The notes: generated from the sequence alone by a model not told the origin. Counted from the whole stretch's first letter, positions 11,976 through 24,046 are shown. The stretch: 63,280 nucleotides of DNA, filler included, from Licmophora abbreviata (GCA_900291995.1; 50 parts of 50 records of this genome joined end to end with filler, not necessarily neighbours in it), one strand, 5' to 3'. Numbers and translations: made by a program.

Positions 11976-12988
11976 ATGCATCAATCAATGAATCGATGCA
12001 CTATTTGGATAGTGCTCGCGGCGTGCTCGTTCCTAATCTGGACGCTGGCATCACAAATCTTCGACTTCAAATTCGCCGCTGAGAACAGTACTAAAAATGA
12101 CACCAAGAAGAAGGAGAAGACACAGTCTCAGAAGGCAGCAAGAGCTGAACAGTACGGCATGATGATCCCGAATGTGCTCTTTGTGGGAGCGCAAAAGGCT
12201 GGCACAAGCTTCGCGTCAAAATGGCTGCGAGATTTCCATGAGGATGATATTTGTACCCCCAATCCCGTCCCAGGACCGACGTCAGACCTCGGAGATGTGA
12301 ACCCCTTTGAAGTCCATTTCTTTAACAAAGACGAACGCTTTGGGCAGGGAATTGACTTTTATTCGAACCGTTGGGCGCACTGTGGAAACATTACCTACAG
12401 AATGGATAAAACACCAGGGTACTTGATGCGTGCGGATAGAATTCGGCAATTCTATGATCGGCAAGGCACAGCAGCGGAGCTCAAAATTATCATTTCTTTG
12501 CGAGAACCAGTGGCAAGGGAAATATCTCTTTACAATATGTTAGCAGAGCTTTTCCAGAAAGCCAATCCTGATCCATGGGCAATGAAACTGCTACAGAAGC
12601 CAGGAGGGCGGGGGGAGATGCGGACATTTGAAGAGTACGTCGACAGCAGAAACTTTTCTGCTGCATCGGGATCTATGGAAAAGGGTGGTAAGATGACTGG
12701 CTTCTACGCAGACCGCCTGAAAGAATGGATAAAGGTGTTTGATCGAAAGCAAATACTTGTCCTGTCTTTTGACGAGCTGAAGTCCGACCCCGAAGCGTAG
12801 CTTGGCCGCATCCACGGATTTCTTGATTTAAGAGGAGATGTCAGACTCTTTGAAGAGAAGCCCGACCCGAAGGAAAAGACATGGTCGTACCTGTATCCAC
12901 CATGTTCTGTACAGAAACGACTTTCTATGATGTTTGAACGCTTCAATGCGGATCTTTATGAAATCTTGGCCGACAACCCAGGTCCAGA
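11976..12988 (+). pseudogene. Sulfotransferase (heparan sulfate 3-O/N-sulfotransferase-like) with in-frame TAG at 12798-12800
   Basis: N-terminal anchor; GAQKAGTS 5'-PSB motif, EVHFF, DKTPGY, LREPVAR..S.Y; frame continues past the stop as LGRIHGFL...FERFNADLY. Confidence 0.75.
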
Positions 12989-13548
12989 NNNNNNNNNNNN
13001 NNNNNNNNNNNNNNNNNNNNNNNNNNNNNNNNTTAATTAATTAANNNNNNNNNNNNNNNNNNNNNNNNNNNNNNNNNNNNNNNNNNNNGACGCAACTACG
13101 TCGTGCGGGCGCGTGGGAAGGAGCTCTCGGCTGGCATCAGTCATCGATCCATGCATCGCCGACCTCTCCTCTATCAGTGTAAAGGGTGCCTTACATCGAG
13201 CTGCTCCCCCGAACCGTAGGCACGGAGCATGGATACATAGGTTATATCAAACATCGCCCCGTTCCCATTGAGCGTCCAATATATGTATCCTAGACTAGTC
13301 TAGTATTGGCCTCCGGATGATCTCGCCAAGGTCTGGTCCATCCCATGTTCGAGGTCGCGCACATTACCGAGTCGCCACACGCGCGCGGCGAAGCGAACCA
13401 CATTCACACTGACACAAAGCAGCGGCGACGAGCTGCGAGGCGACACGAATGGGAGTAGCGACTCAACATCTGCCGTTTCTACTGCTTTCGACACCTTCTC
13501 GACTCCTCCTGACACTGCCTAGATCAGAGCTCCATACTACAAAGCCAA

Positions 13549-14282
13549 ATGGCGAATTCATACGGCTTTGATTTCCTCAAATCAGAGCACAATGTCGATG
13601 GCACGGATCGGGGCCCCGCCTTGGCACCCCAGGCACCGTCTGCCCCCTCCTCGCTGCTAACAGAATCGTCGATTCCTCCAGATGTATACGCCAAACCTGA
13701 TTTAGAAAAGCAATTTGACGTTCTACACTTTTTACAGGCCCATCGATCAACAGGATTCTTGGCACCGTCCATAATTTACCGTGCGACCGGAATCGACCTG
13801 TTGGACGATCGACATGGCAATGTCGTCAAGATGCTCGAAACTAACCCAAAAATCAAGGTCGAGCATGTCCCAGATCCAGAAAACCCATCGCTAAAGCTTG
13901 CAACTTATGCGTATCAAGCCAAATTTCATAACGTTCGAGATCGTGCGTCCCTTCTTGCGCAGATCAATCGTTGTCTCAACGGGGTGGCAATGCGTGATCT
14001 GAACGACGCGTACGATGGCGTCGAAGACGACTTACAGGCGTTGATTACTGCCGGAGATATCATTGCTGTGTCCAATACTGAAGACAAGGACAAAATCATG
14101 TTTCCTCGCGGAGAAGCGTTTCTAGTAGAAATGGACGGCATCGTGACGATACGCAAGAAAAAGGTGGAGAGTTTCGTTCCCGTGACCACGCCTGCACCGC
14201 CATCTGCAGCGATCGGTGCGAAGCCGGCATCAACGTCAGAAAGACCACTAACAGATGATGAAGTTGTGGCGGCCGCGATACG
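13549..14282 (+). CDS. Transcription initiation factor IIE beta subunit (TFA2/GTF2E2-like), partial
   Basis: L..NPKI, YAYQAKFHNVRD..SLL, DLNDAYDGV..DL..L...G.I, KIMFP winged-helix pattern. Confidence 0.75.
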
Positions 14283-14503
14283 NNNNNNNNNNNNNNNNNN
14301 NNNNNNNNNNNNNNNNNNNNNNNNNNTTAATTAATTAANNNNNNNNNNNNNNNNNNNNNNNNNNNNNNNNNNNNNNNNNNNNCGCGCGTCGAAACGACAA
14401 AAATAGATCCAAACTTTTGGATCCAAAACTACGCATCGAATGAATCATCGCGATTCGATAGAAGAGGAGAGCCACTTGAGTTTCTCCATTCGAGGCGTCT
14501 GCC

Positions 14504-15419
14504 ATGACTTCTGCTCAAGCCCTGCCCAAGATATATACGGTAGATCAGATTACAGCAGTTGTCGAAACAGAAAACTTTGAGAAAAGCCTCATTGCCGCCA
14601 TTCAACAAGGATTCCGTTGCTACTCCCACGGCCGCTTCAATGCGTGTCCTATTCAGACCATGGGCGCTCCACCTATGGCTCCCTTTGTTCAATCCCCAAA
14701 CTACGCCGCTCAGACATGTGTTAAGTCTGGATATCTGACAGGAGCATCTCATTATGTCCTCAAAGTCGCCAGCGGAGGACATCCTCTCCCGAACTCAGGG
14801 CTCATGCAGATCTATTCTCAATGCACCGGAAAGCTCGAACTTAAAGATGTAGAGATGCTACTAAGGATCTCCGTACTTTACTTAACTGATGGCGTGCAGA
14901 CGAGATGTCCAGTCTCGTTAGCACTAAGTCGGAAGTCCCAGGGAGTTAGTTACCCTTAGGAGAGTACAGAAGTCCAGGATTGGTTGACACAATACTGACT
15001 ATCGAAATTATAACAACTAAAGTGAACTACATCTGCACAAACTCCAGACTATTGACTGCGAACTGCCGGAAGCAGATCGGTCACAACGCATGGAACGACC
15101 ACAAGGGAATGAGATAAATAAGGACTTTCCTTGACCCTGTTGGTAACTTCTAACAAATGCTTCCGCTTTGCCAACGGAAGTAAACATTTGCATAAGTGAT
15201 AGGTTCACCCGAAATACTTGAGGGTTCACTCGAAAGACTCGAGGGAATGTGATCATAGGGGGCGTCTTGAGATTTGTGCTAAGTAGATCAAGCATCACAA
15301 GCCGCGCGACGCGTGGACGGAACGCGCACGGACGGAAGAGGACATGTCTGATGGACAGGCAGACTTGACTCACTCTCGAGGCGCTCTTGTTGGACGAAGG
15401 AATCTTGACGGAGCTTCGT
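14504..15419 (+). CDS. Ornithine cyclodeaminase/mu-crystallin family protein, N-terminal part, interrupted at 14839-15379 and again after 15419
   Basis: CVKSGY...VLKVASG...NSGLMQIYSQCTGKLE continues after the insert as ALLLDEGILTELR, matching the OCD motif TG...ALL.D...LT..RTAA. Confidence 0.85.
14839..15374. mobile_element. 536-bp insertion without terminal repeats, flanked by 5-bp direct repeat CTCGA (14834-14838 and 15375-15379)
   Basis: Removing the insert plus one CTCGA restores AAG CTC GAG GCG (KLEA) in the OCD frame. Confidence 0.7.
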
Positions 15420-15675
15420 TCAGTAGTCTACGAGATTCGACCCGGACTTGGGGCGCGCCACACTACCCCTCCCACCCAGAGGATGGTCCATGAGGTTTCT
15501 CGTTTCGTGGAGCACGTCTATGGAAAGGCAACCGGAAAGAGTATATGCTTGGCAGCATTATTATACTGAAGCAGTNNNNNNNNNNNNNNNNNNNNNNNNN
15601 NNNNNNNNNNNNNNNNNNNTTAATTAATTAANNNNNNNNNNNNNNNNNNNNNNNNNNNNNNNNNNNNNNNNNNNN

Positions 15676-16860
15676 CCAATCAAAAGCGTCGGCTCCGACC
15701 CGTCCGGTTTAGAATGGCAAACCATCTTCCTCACTCCGTTGGTGGTTGGAGCCATGGAGTCGTACTCCTTCCAAAAGTCATTATCACAGCCCGCTGCCCT
15801 GTCTCCATTCACGGCTAGGCTATCGCTTTTAGGCTCAAGTCCCCTGAAGCCATCAACGACAAGAGGCTTGAACCACCCGGTAGCCACGTTCTTCTTCTGA
15901 ATGTACCACACATCAAAGCCTAGATCGTCCTTGGTAATGACGTCTTGAAGAAAGAGACTCAGCAAGAGAGCACCTAGTCCCTCTTCCAAAGCTCCTTCAT
16001 AGTCGGGAGGGAGATTCAGATCCTCTAAGTCGAAGCCAAACTGGAACTGAATCAGAGACAAAAGAGTTGATCCCAAAGGTCCCGTTTGATCAAAAGTTCC
16101 GAAGAAGATATAATTTCCACATGTTTCCAGCTGCCAGATGTAGGTTGTGGTGGAAACTAAGAAAGGCGTCGGTACCTTCTTGCAATCCTTGAGGAACGTA
16201 CCACAGAGATAGCATTGCTGCCCATAGCCTAGCTCAACAGAGGCTAGCGCATTGTCAAGATTCTCAATGCTGGTCTCGATGGACTGGGCCGCATATGCGC
16301 TCTGGTAAATGAACCCCGAGAGCGTGCAAGCCAGAACTGAGTTTCCGCTGACGGGTTCGAGCACGAGGGCTGAAGCATCAACGAAGTCATCGATGTTAAT
16401 TTGCTCTAGAGGTGCAAAATATCGATCCGTCGAATCGGACGTTGGGACGGATAGGTCACCTTTCGTACCGTAGTACAGTAGAGGATTTAGATCGAAGGTT
16501 GCCAACTTTGAGAGGTCAGGAACCACTTCGACAATGCAATACCAGCATTTTCCAAGTCTCCCATTGAAAAGTCCTCCTTCTTCGCATTCAAAGTCCCAGA
16601 TAATTTTGTTCTGCAGAGAATTCTTGAATTCGCCTTTCTGAAACACTACTGTCGGAGTTAGCGTGCTGCCGACGTCGTCAGCACAAACATCCATGGTCCA
16701 GATCGCAGGAATCTTTCCAAAAGGAACGCCTATCTCCTGTAAGGGAGCAAACGCAACATGACAATCATTGTTGTCGTAGTGAAGCATGGAGCGAACAGAA
16801 TTTGCATCAATGATCGGAATAACATCGGGAACAAGGACGTCAATCTTCATGTCTTTGGCC
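15676..16860 (-). CDS. Hypothetical eukaryotic protein, internal fragment
   Basis: Open frame of about 390 codons across the whole contig; FGTFD and GFDVW motifs hint at a beta-propeller; no confident family. Confidence 0.6.
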
Positions 16861-16960
16861 NNNNNNNNNNNNNNNNNNNNNNNNNNNNNNNNNNNNNNNN
16901 NNNNTTAATTAATTAANNNNNNNNNNNNNNNNNNNNNNNNNNNNNNNNNNNNNNNNNNNN

Positions 16961-18046
16961 TTTAGTCACCTCCTCAAAGCGATCCTCGAACTGGGCCTCA
17001 TCCAGAGCTCCGTCGACCCCTGTCTCTTCTTTCGACACGATCTCGTCCTCGTCCTATATGTCGACGACGGCGGCATCGCCTCCCGACACTCAGGCATCGC
17101 CGACAAGTTTATCGCCGACCTCAAAGCCAAAGGATTTGACCTCACCAAGGAAGGCAGCTTCGCCGACTTCCTCGGCATCAAATTCACTCAGCAGGATGCC
17201 CACGAGTACAAATTGACGCAGCGCGGCCTGATCGACAAAGTCATCGGAGCTGCCGGCCTCGAGAACTGTAAGCCGAATCTCCTGCCCACTACCCAGCTCG
17301 CCCTCGGCGCTGACGTCGATGGACCCGTGATGAACGAATCCTGGAGCTATCCATCAATCGTCGGCATGCTGCTGTACCTGGCGGGAAATAGCCGCCCAGA
17401 CATCGCCTTCGCTGTCAGCCAGGTCTGCCGATTTACCTCCGCCCCTCGACAGAGTCACGCTACGGCCGTCAAGACCATCATCCGATACCTCGCCGGGACC
17501 CGTGATGAAGGAACCATCATCCGACCGACAGGAAGACTCAACCTCGACTTGTTCGTCGATGCTGATTTCTGCTCACTTCACGGTCGCGAGGATTCGCGTG
17601 ATGTCAACTCTGCGCGCTCGCGCACGGGATACATCATCCTTCTGAGCGGTGTACCCCTACTGTGGAAATCTCAACTCCAGACCCACATTTCCCTTTCTAC
17701 GCTTGAGGCTGAGTATTCGGCTCTATCCTATTCTTTGAAAACACTCATCCCTCTCAAACGCATCCTCCTTGAACTCGTCTCCGCTCTCAGCATCGATCAG
17801 GAAATCAGCTCTTCAGTTCAAGCCCGTGTCTTCGAAGACAATCAAGGAGCACTCACCCTCGCCTCCAACCACCGTGTCACCAACCGCACGAAGTACTTCC
17901 TCGTCAAGTGGCACTGGTTCTGGCAGCACTCCTCCGAATTTCTGCTTCTCAAAGTCGCCTCCGTCGACCAGCGTGCCGATTATCTCACCAAGGGCCTTCC
18001 CCGCGACGGCTTCGAGCACAATCGTCTCCTGGTGCAACGATGGTGA
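16961..18046 (+). mobile_element. Ty1/copia RT-RNase H, C-terminal end of pol
   Basis: DPCLF, LYVDDG, SRPDIAFAV, FVDADF, STLEAEY, FEDNQGA, ADYLTKGL. Confidence 0.93.
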
Positions 18047-18504
18047 CATGAGGCACCATCATTATATGTCGAGACCTTCCCGATCAAGACGTACATCGAG
18101 CCCCGCTCTTTGGAACTTGCTCACATGTTCAACAAGGTCTCTNNNNNNNNNNNNNNNNNNNNNNNNNNNNNNNNNNNNNNNNNNNNTTAATTAATTAANN
18201 NNNNNNNNNNNNNNNNNNNNNNNNNNNNNNNNNNNNNNNNNNAACAAGGCGCCCTTGTACAAAAAGTCACACTCACCTAGGTTCAGTTCCACGGTCACAT
18301 TCTCCTCGAAGTTTCGCGATTCTGAAAGTAGATTCAGCAGAGATCGTCGGGTCGAAAGTGTCGCTTCGAATCGACCCACATGGTCTGCAAACCACAAACG
18401 TTGCATGCGTTCATAACTTTGCCATTGTCGTTTGTCGTCGTTCGAAAATACGACTCCATTAGGGCTGATGATTAAGATCAGTTCCACCCTCAGTTCCTAT
18501 CAGT

Positions 18505-19131
18505 TCACGCTTTTGGTGGTAAATTCAAAAGCAGATCGTCCAGTCGAAAGCCTCGCCTCGGATCGACCCACGTGGCCTGCACCCCACAAGAGTCCCGCGA
18601 GTCCGCAATGTTGCCCTTGTCGTCGTCGAAAAAGATGATTTTACTGGGGCTGGTGATCTTATAATGCTCCATAATCTTTTGCATGTGATATCTCTTGTAT
18701 GGTAAGCCTTCCTTATGGACTCTCGGATTGTAAGCAACAACGAAGAAGGAAGCCGCCACGATGGGTTCGAAATGAGTCCGGAGCAGGCTGTTGGCGAGTT
18801 CGTCGCCCAAAATATGCGTCTCTTTTCGTACGAGCCGACCATATTCGTGTTCATCCGAGTGCGTCGCAATGCTCAACTGAAAGCCATGCTGATGCAGATG
18901 AGGAACCAGCTCCAAGAAATCAGAACTCGCCTGCTGCAAAAACTCTTGCAGCGCTGCACCTCGTTTCAAACGGCCACGAGAGTGTACAGTGACGGCGGTC
19001 TGATCCATGTCAAAGACGCACACTTGAATGTCATGTTGCTTCAATCTTTGAATGCATGTCTCGATTCTTTCACTCGCTGGGTGGTTCATTGATGTCAAGG
19101 AAGCGACACAGCTACTGTGGGAACACGGCAA
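18505..19131 (-). CDS. HAD-superfamily phosphatase-like protein
   Basis: Motif I VFDMDQT, motif II IATHS, motif IV IFFDDDKGNI. Confidence 0.7.
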   Translation of the reverse strand: MPCSHSSCVASLTSMNHPASERIETCIQRLKQHDIQVCVFDMDQTAVTVHSRGRLKRGAALQEFLQQASSDFLELVPHLHQHGFQLSIATHSDEHEYGRLVRKETHILGDELANSLLRTHFEPIVAASFFVVAYNPRVHKEGLPYKRYHMQKIMEHYKITSPSKIIFFDDDKGNIADSRDSCGVQATWVDPRRGFRLDDLLLNLPPKA

Positions 19132-19663
19132 GAGGTGTGAATCTCATGCTGGTGTATTTTTTCATGCTGGTTGTCCCGCGACGAGAGGCGAGATGAGCGC
19201 GAAAGCGCGTTGTTTCTACTCAGGAGTACGTAGTTGTTTTGGCCCCCTGCGCGCGTCGGAGCCCCTCATGGCGTCACCGGTGACTGAAATCGACCCGTGA
19301 CTCGAAACTGGAAGTCGTCTGCGTTGGTCTCGCCTCCGTCCCGGCGATGACAATGATGTGGTCAAGACGTCGACACAATGGCACTGCGTTCCCATAGAGA
19401 TCGCTTGGAAATCCACACCCATNNNNNNNNNNNNNNNNNNNNNNNNNNNNNNNNNNNNNNNNNNNNTTAATTAATTAANNNNNNNNNNNNNNNNNNNNNN
19501 NNNNNNNNNNNNNNNNNNNNNNGTAGCCTATCGCACTGTGGACGCTACTGTTACAATATTTGTTTCGAGCGGAGCCTGCTCTTATTGTGTTCTTCTAAAT
19601 TATTTAAGAAATGTTTTGATTCTGGCGGTCTGCGTTTGATGACGCTCGTGGGCGCCAGATCTT

Positions 19664-20701
19664 CTATTCGTCCACCTTCTTTTCTTCGGTGAGTGGATCT
19701 TCGAGTATGATGCAATCACCAGCGAGTGACAGTCGCTTCACGTCTCCAAAGTGTAGGTCTGCATCGCTGATACGCTTTCCTGACGCGCGGAGCATGGATG
19801 ACTTCCTCGGACCGTCTTGTATCGGTGTCTTCCTCGACGTCGTCAGCAGCGAGATCTCATGACGAATGCCGTCTTCAACCCGATTCGGAAGGTCCTCGGT
19901 CACACCTCGCATTTCAGCCTCACCATATGACCACTGCAGGCACTGCAGGCCGAGCTTCCCTAGGTGACCCTTGAATAGAATGCGATCTTCTTCACTTCCG
20001 ATGGGTAGCTGATCAATATGGACGTCAACTCCGTAGTACAAGGAAAGAAAAGCGCCAGTCATCCCAAGACTAGATTGATAAACTTTCTCCATGTCATTCT
20101 CGCTCTTGCTGCCTTCCATCATCATTGTGTTCTTGTAGCTGGACCACACGGTCCGAACCACCTCCATAATATTCTCAACAGCTTCTGAGTCGCCGTTGAG
20201 TGTATGCGCCAGCATGGCTGCGAAGGGAAAAGCCCAAAACATGCCTAGGTCCTTGCCCATTGGACCAGCGCCGCAAGCTTCCCAATCCACGATATACAGT
20301 GATCCGTCGAGACCAAACTTTTCCAATTTGGACACGTCCGGTTTCGCTTCCACCAAAAGATTGAAGACGTGTGAATCACCATGGCTTAAGCACTCCTTGC
20401 ATTGGAGCGATGCTGTGAACTGATCCAACAAAGAATACACATGCTCCCGTCCCAGATCCTTGGCAAACAGAGTCGCGGGAGTATCGTCCGTGGCGTCTAG
20501 CAACTTGTCCATGACTTCTGTTTTCAGACCGGAAAAGGCATTCCCATTCGCCTCTATCACATTTGAATTAAAGCCTGGGTCAAAATCCCGCAAATGCAGT
20601 TGCGCGAGTGCAGGTCCCAGCCGCGATGCAACGCGCGTGTCCACGACGCCATCAATGAACTGATTGGCGAACTGTTCGTCCGCGGGCGCCCATTCAGTTA
20701 C
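19664..20701 (-). CDS. APH/choline kinase-like phosphotransferase (methylthioribose kinase-like), 5'-truncated
   Basis: LSHGDSHVFN and IVDWE...GP.G.DLG motifs. Confidence 0.7.
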   Translation of the reverse strand, partial: VTEWAPADEQFANQFIDGVVDTRVASRLGPALAQLHLRDFDPGFNSNVIEANGNAFSGLKTEVMDKLLDATDDTPATLFAKDLGREHVYSLLDQFTASLQCKECLSHGDSHVFNLLVEAKPDVSKLEKFGLDGSLYIVDWEACGAGPMGKDLGMFWAFPFAAMLAHTLNGDSEAVENIMEVVRTVWSSYKNTMMMEGSKSENDMEKVYQSSLGMTGAFLSLYYGVDVHIDQLPIGSEEDRILFKGHLGKLGLQCLQWSYGEAEMRGVTEDLPNRVEDGIRHEISLLTTSRKTPIQDGPRKSSMLRASGKRISDADLHFGDVKRLSLAGDCIILEDPLTEEKKVDE

Positions 20702-20801
20702 NNNNNNNNNNNNNNNNNNNNNNNNNNNNNNNNNNNNNNNNNNNNTTAATTAATTAANNNNNNNNNNNNNNNNNNNNNNNNNNNNNNNNNNNNNNNNNNN
20801 N

Positions 20802-21977
20802 AAATAAGGAGCGCAAACCCGACGGGTCCAGCAATACCGACGTCGGAATGACGTTCGCGCAAGCTGCTGCTGTCGTCCCAGGATCTGACGGTGCCACTCA
20901 CTCCGGCATCACATGCTGGCGTTGCAACACGAAAGGTCATTACTCATCTTCTTGTCCCAATCCCCCCACTACGGCCGCAGGTGCGACCGACGGTGTCCAG
21001 CTACTACAGGCCGTGTCCGAGGCCCCAGCAACTACGACAGAGGAGGCCGAGACCTCCGATTTCTCGTTTGCCCAGTCCCGCCTCCACGAAATCCCTGCGA
21101 CCTGGATCCTCCTTGACAGCCAGTCCACGGTGTCAATATTCCGGAACCCCAAGTACCTACACAACATTCGTCGCTCTGCCACCGTCATGAAGGTCTACAC
21201 CAACGGCGGCACTCAAGAGTCCAGTTACGTTGGTGACGTCCGAAATTTTGGCCCAGTGTGGTACAACCCCAAGTCGTTGGCCAACATCCTGTCCCTTGCC
21301 GCTGTGCGCAAGCTTTGCCGTGTCACCATGGACACCTCTATCGAACCTGCACTTTGCGTCCACCGTACCGACGGCTCAGTCCTCAAGTTCCACGAATACG
21401 TCACCGGCCTCTATTACCACGATGCAGCTAAGTCTACTAGCTCAGCCGTTAACCCCTACACTTTCTTATCCACAGTAGAAGCCGAAAAAGCACGGTTCAC
21501 CCCCCGCGAAATTGAAGGAGCGGAGAAGGCTATGGTGTTATACAGAAAAATCGGACGCCCCTCTCAACAGCATTTCCAAAAAATTCTGGCAAACAACCTA
21601 ATTGTCAATTGTCCCGTCACCGTGCAAGACGCGAAGCGCGCTCTAACCATCTACGGCCCGGACGTGGCAACTTTGAAAGGCAAAACTACCAAAGGACCGT
21701 CTACCCATGTCCCGAGCGTCTCCGTCTCCCCGCTTCCTCCGGATATCGGCAAGCATCATCGTGACGTCACCATTTGCGGTGACATTTTCTACGTTCAAGG
21801 CATCCCCTTTTTCCACACCATCTCCAGAAAGATTCATTTTCGAACGGTCGCGACCCTACCCAATCGACAGAAGTCAACCCTATTGCGAGAGTCCAAGGCA
21901 ATCATCGACCACTACCAAGCGAGAGGTTTTACGTTACCCGTTTTCATACGGATGGTGAGTTTGAATGCATTCGTACT
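20802..21977 (+). mobile_element. CoDi-like Ty1/copia gag zinc knuckle-protease-integrase fragment (single ORF)
   Basis: CWRCNTKGHYSSSC knuckle, WILLDSQST protease, CGDIFYV; 1-nt shift near 21935. Confidence 0.9.
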
Positions 21978-22077
21978 NNNNNNNNNNNNNNNNNNNNNNN
22001 NNNNNNNNNNNNNNNNNNNNNTTAATTAATTAANNNNNNNNNNNNNNNNNNNNNNNNNNNNNNNNNNNNNNNNNNNN

Positions 22078-22803
22078 CGTGCCCTTCGATCCCGAAAGAT
22101 CCGGCAAAGCCAGCCGATCGGCCCAGCTTTCGGGCAGATGGTCCAGCAGCATGTCCCATTTCAGCGCCAGCGCATCGGCCTTCGCGCGCAACGCCTCGGC
22201 GCGTTTCGGGCGACGCAGCTGAAATTTTCGCCAGCTTTCGGCGCTGATTTCCGCGACCCGCTCATGTCCGACAGTCAAATAGGCAATGAGAGCCAGAACA
22301 ACCGGAACCCCGATCACGGCCAGAACAAGTCCCGGCTTCCAGATCACCAAAAGCGCGAACCCCATCGCCATGACGGAACCCCGTCCAAACCTGAGTCCGC
22401 GCGCCAGTCCGACCATGCGTTTTGTCTGGCCTTGGCTCGTGCCCATCGGTGTTTCAGCTTGCCGTGGCTCAGCCTGCACCGGGGTGAGCGGGTCAAGATG
22501 GTCCCGCCCGGTCTCGTCAAAAACCGCCTCTTGCCATTGCTGTCTCCGGACACATCCTGTCTTTTGCGCCTTTCCTTTCATATCGCCTGTGACGTCCGGC
22601 CCTGTGGGCGCAAGCTCGGGGAACCGATCCGCCCCGGTTTTCCGTAATTCTTCAACCATAAAATCGCGGACAATCCGCTCAGCCGCATCCTGTCCGGCAA
22701 GCGTCTCACCACCGTCCGCGGCATTGCCGCGCCTGTCGGAGGCTTTCGCAAAAGGTGCAGGCTGGTTTGTGTGCGTAATGCGCACGGATGCATGGTTTGT
22801 CAT
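22078..22803 (-). CDS. Alphaproteobacterial hypothetical membrane protein downstream of tRNA-Trp
   Basis: About 60% GC ORF with two adjacent hydrophobic helices and LLDHLPESWADRLALPD tail. Confidence 0.6.
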
Positions 22804-22968
22804 GACAACACTCACTAAACTCCGCGCCCCCACGCAGAAAATACCCTTGTGATCTTATTCACATGGCTTTTGAGGCTTGAGAATGGCGGAAATCCGTCAG
22901 GAATGCGGCTCGGCAAAAACCCTCCACGGCGCATCCGAACTTTATAAGCTATGACAGAAAATGTAGTT

Positions 22969-23044
22969 TGGCAGGGGCAGCAGGGCTCGAACCCGCGACC
23001 TACGGTTTTGGAGACCGTCGCTCTACCAGCTGAGCTATACCCCT
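22969..23044 (-). tRNA. tRNA-Trp (CCA), bacterial
   Basis: AGGGGTATAGCTCAGCTGGTAGAGCGACGGTCTCCAAAACCGTAGGTCGCGGGTTCGAGCCCTGCTGCCCCTGCCA: 76-nt cloverleaf with encoded CCA end. Confidence 0.96.
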
Positions 23045-23354
23045 ACGCCAAGCGCCGGATTAAGCCACCTTACGCCGGGAATCAAGCCGCCTTCTGCGGA
23101 ATTTCTTCATCGCATCCTGACGCTCGGTCCAGCGGCCCTTTCAGGCCGCCGATCGAGCGGTATAATTTGGACTTTGCACAACGCCCTTGTCGAAAAGCTG
23201 TGCGATCTCGGTATCGGTCAAACGCGCCACATCACCCAGAATTTCCTCGGTATGNNNNNNNNNNNNNNNNNNNNNNNNNNNNNNNNNNNNNNNNNNNNTT
23301 AATTAATTAANNNNNNNNNNNNNNNNNNNNNNNNNNNNNNNNNNNNNNNNNNNN

Positions 23355-24046
23355 AATACCGGACGAGGTTGACCCTTCGTCATTTGATCTGCACGCTGCT
23401 CATCGGTGGCGCACTTGAAGAGACGCAGGACGCCAGACTTGACGTGCTCCCAGAACCAATGCCACTTCACATGGAAGTGCTTGGTGCGGTTCGTGGTGCG
23501 CTGTTGTGTCGCAAGCTGTAGGGCGGCCGCATTGTCTTCGTGGACATCACACTCAGCGGAGACGCGGAAGTTTTCGGGAAGGTCAACTGCGTTGGTCAAC
23601 TCTAGCAGGGGTGAGCGCAACGGGAGGAGCGTGCGAAGCGCGGAGGAGAGACTGGAATACTCGGCTTCGCTGGTGGACTGGGAGATGTGGGATTGTAGAT
23701 GAGATTTCCACACGAGAGGACAGCCGGCAAGAAAGATGATGTAGCCGGTGCGCGACTTGGCGCTGGATGGTTCGCTGTCGGGATCTCGTTTGAAGAGACC
23801 GGCAAAGTCGGCGTCGACCAACATTTCAAGCTTCAACTCGTCGGTAGTCGGCTTGACGATCATGCCTTTGTCTGCAGTGCGACGAAGGTATCGGACAAGA
23901 GTTTTGACCGCAGATGCGTGGCTCTTTTTCGGGGAGTGGTTCAAGCGGCAGATCTGCGAGACGGCGAAGCAGCAGTCGGGGCGAGTGTTAGTCGTGAGGT
24001 AGAGCATCATGCCTACCACCGAGGGGTAGCTCCAAGTTTCGTTCAT
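23355..24046 (-). mobile_element. Ty1/copia RT C-terminus-RNase H, 5'-truncated at about 24047
   Basis: WSYPSVVGM, TRPD, VDADFAG, STSEAEY, HEDNAAA, WHWFW; same lineage as 16961-18046. Confidence 0.9.

Noticed and set aside
14839..15374. Group I/II intron, Helitron, solo LTR or hammerhead identity for the OCD insert
   Set aside because: No convincing P/Q/R/S core, domain V, TC..CTRR ends, TG..CA ends or CUGANGA/GAAA core found by eye
22951..23254. 119-aa ORF over the tRNA
   Set aside because: Antisense translation of tRNA-Trp and its flank
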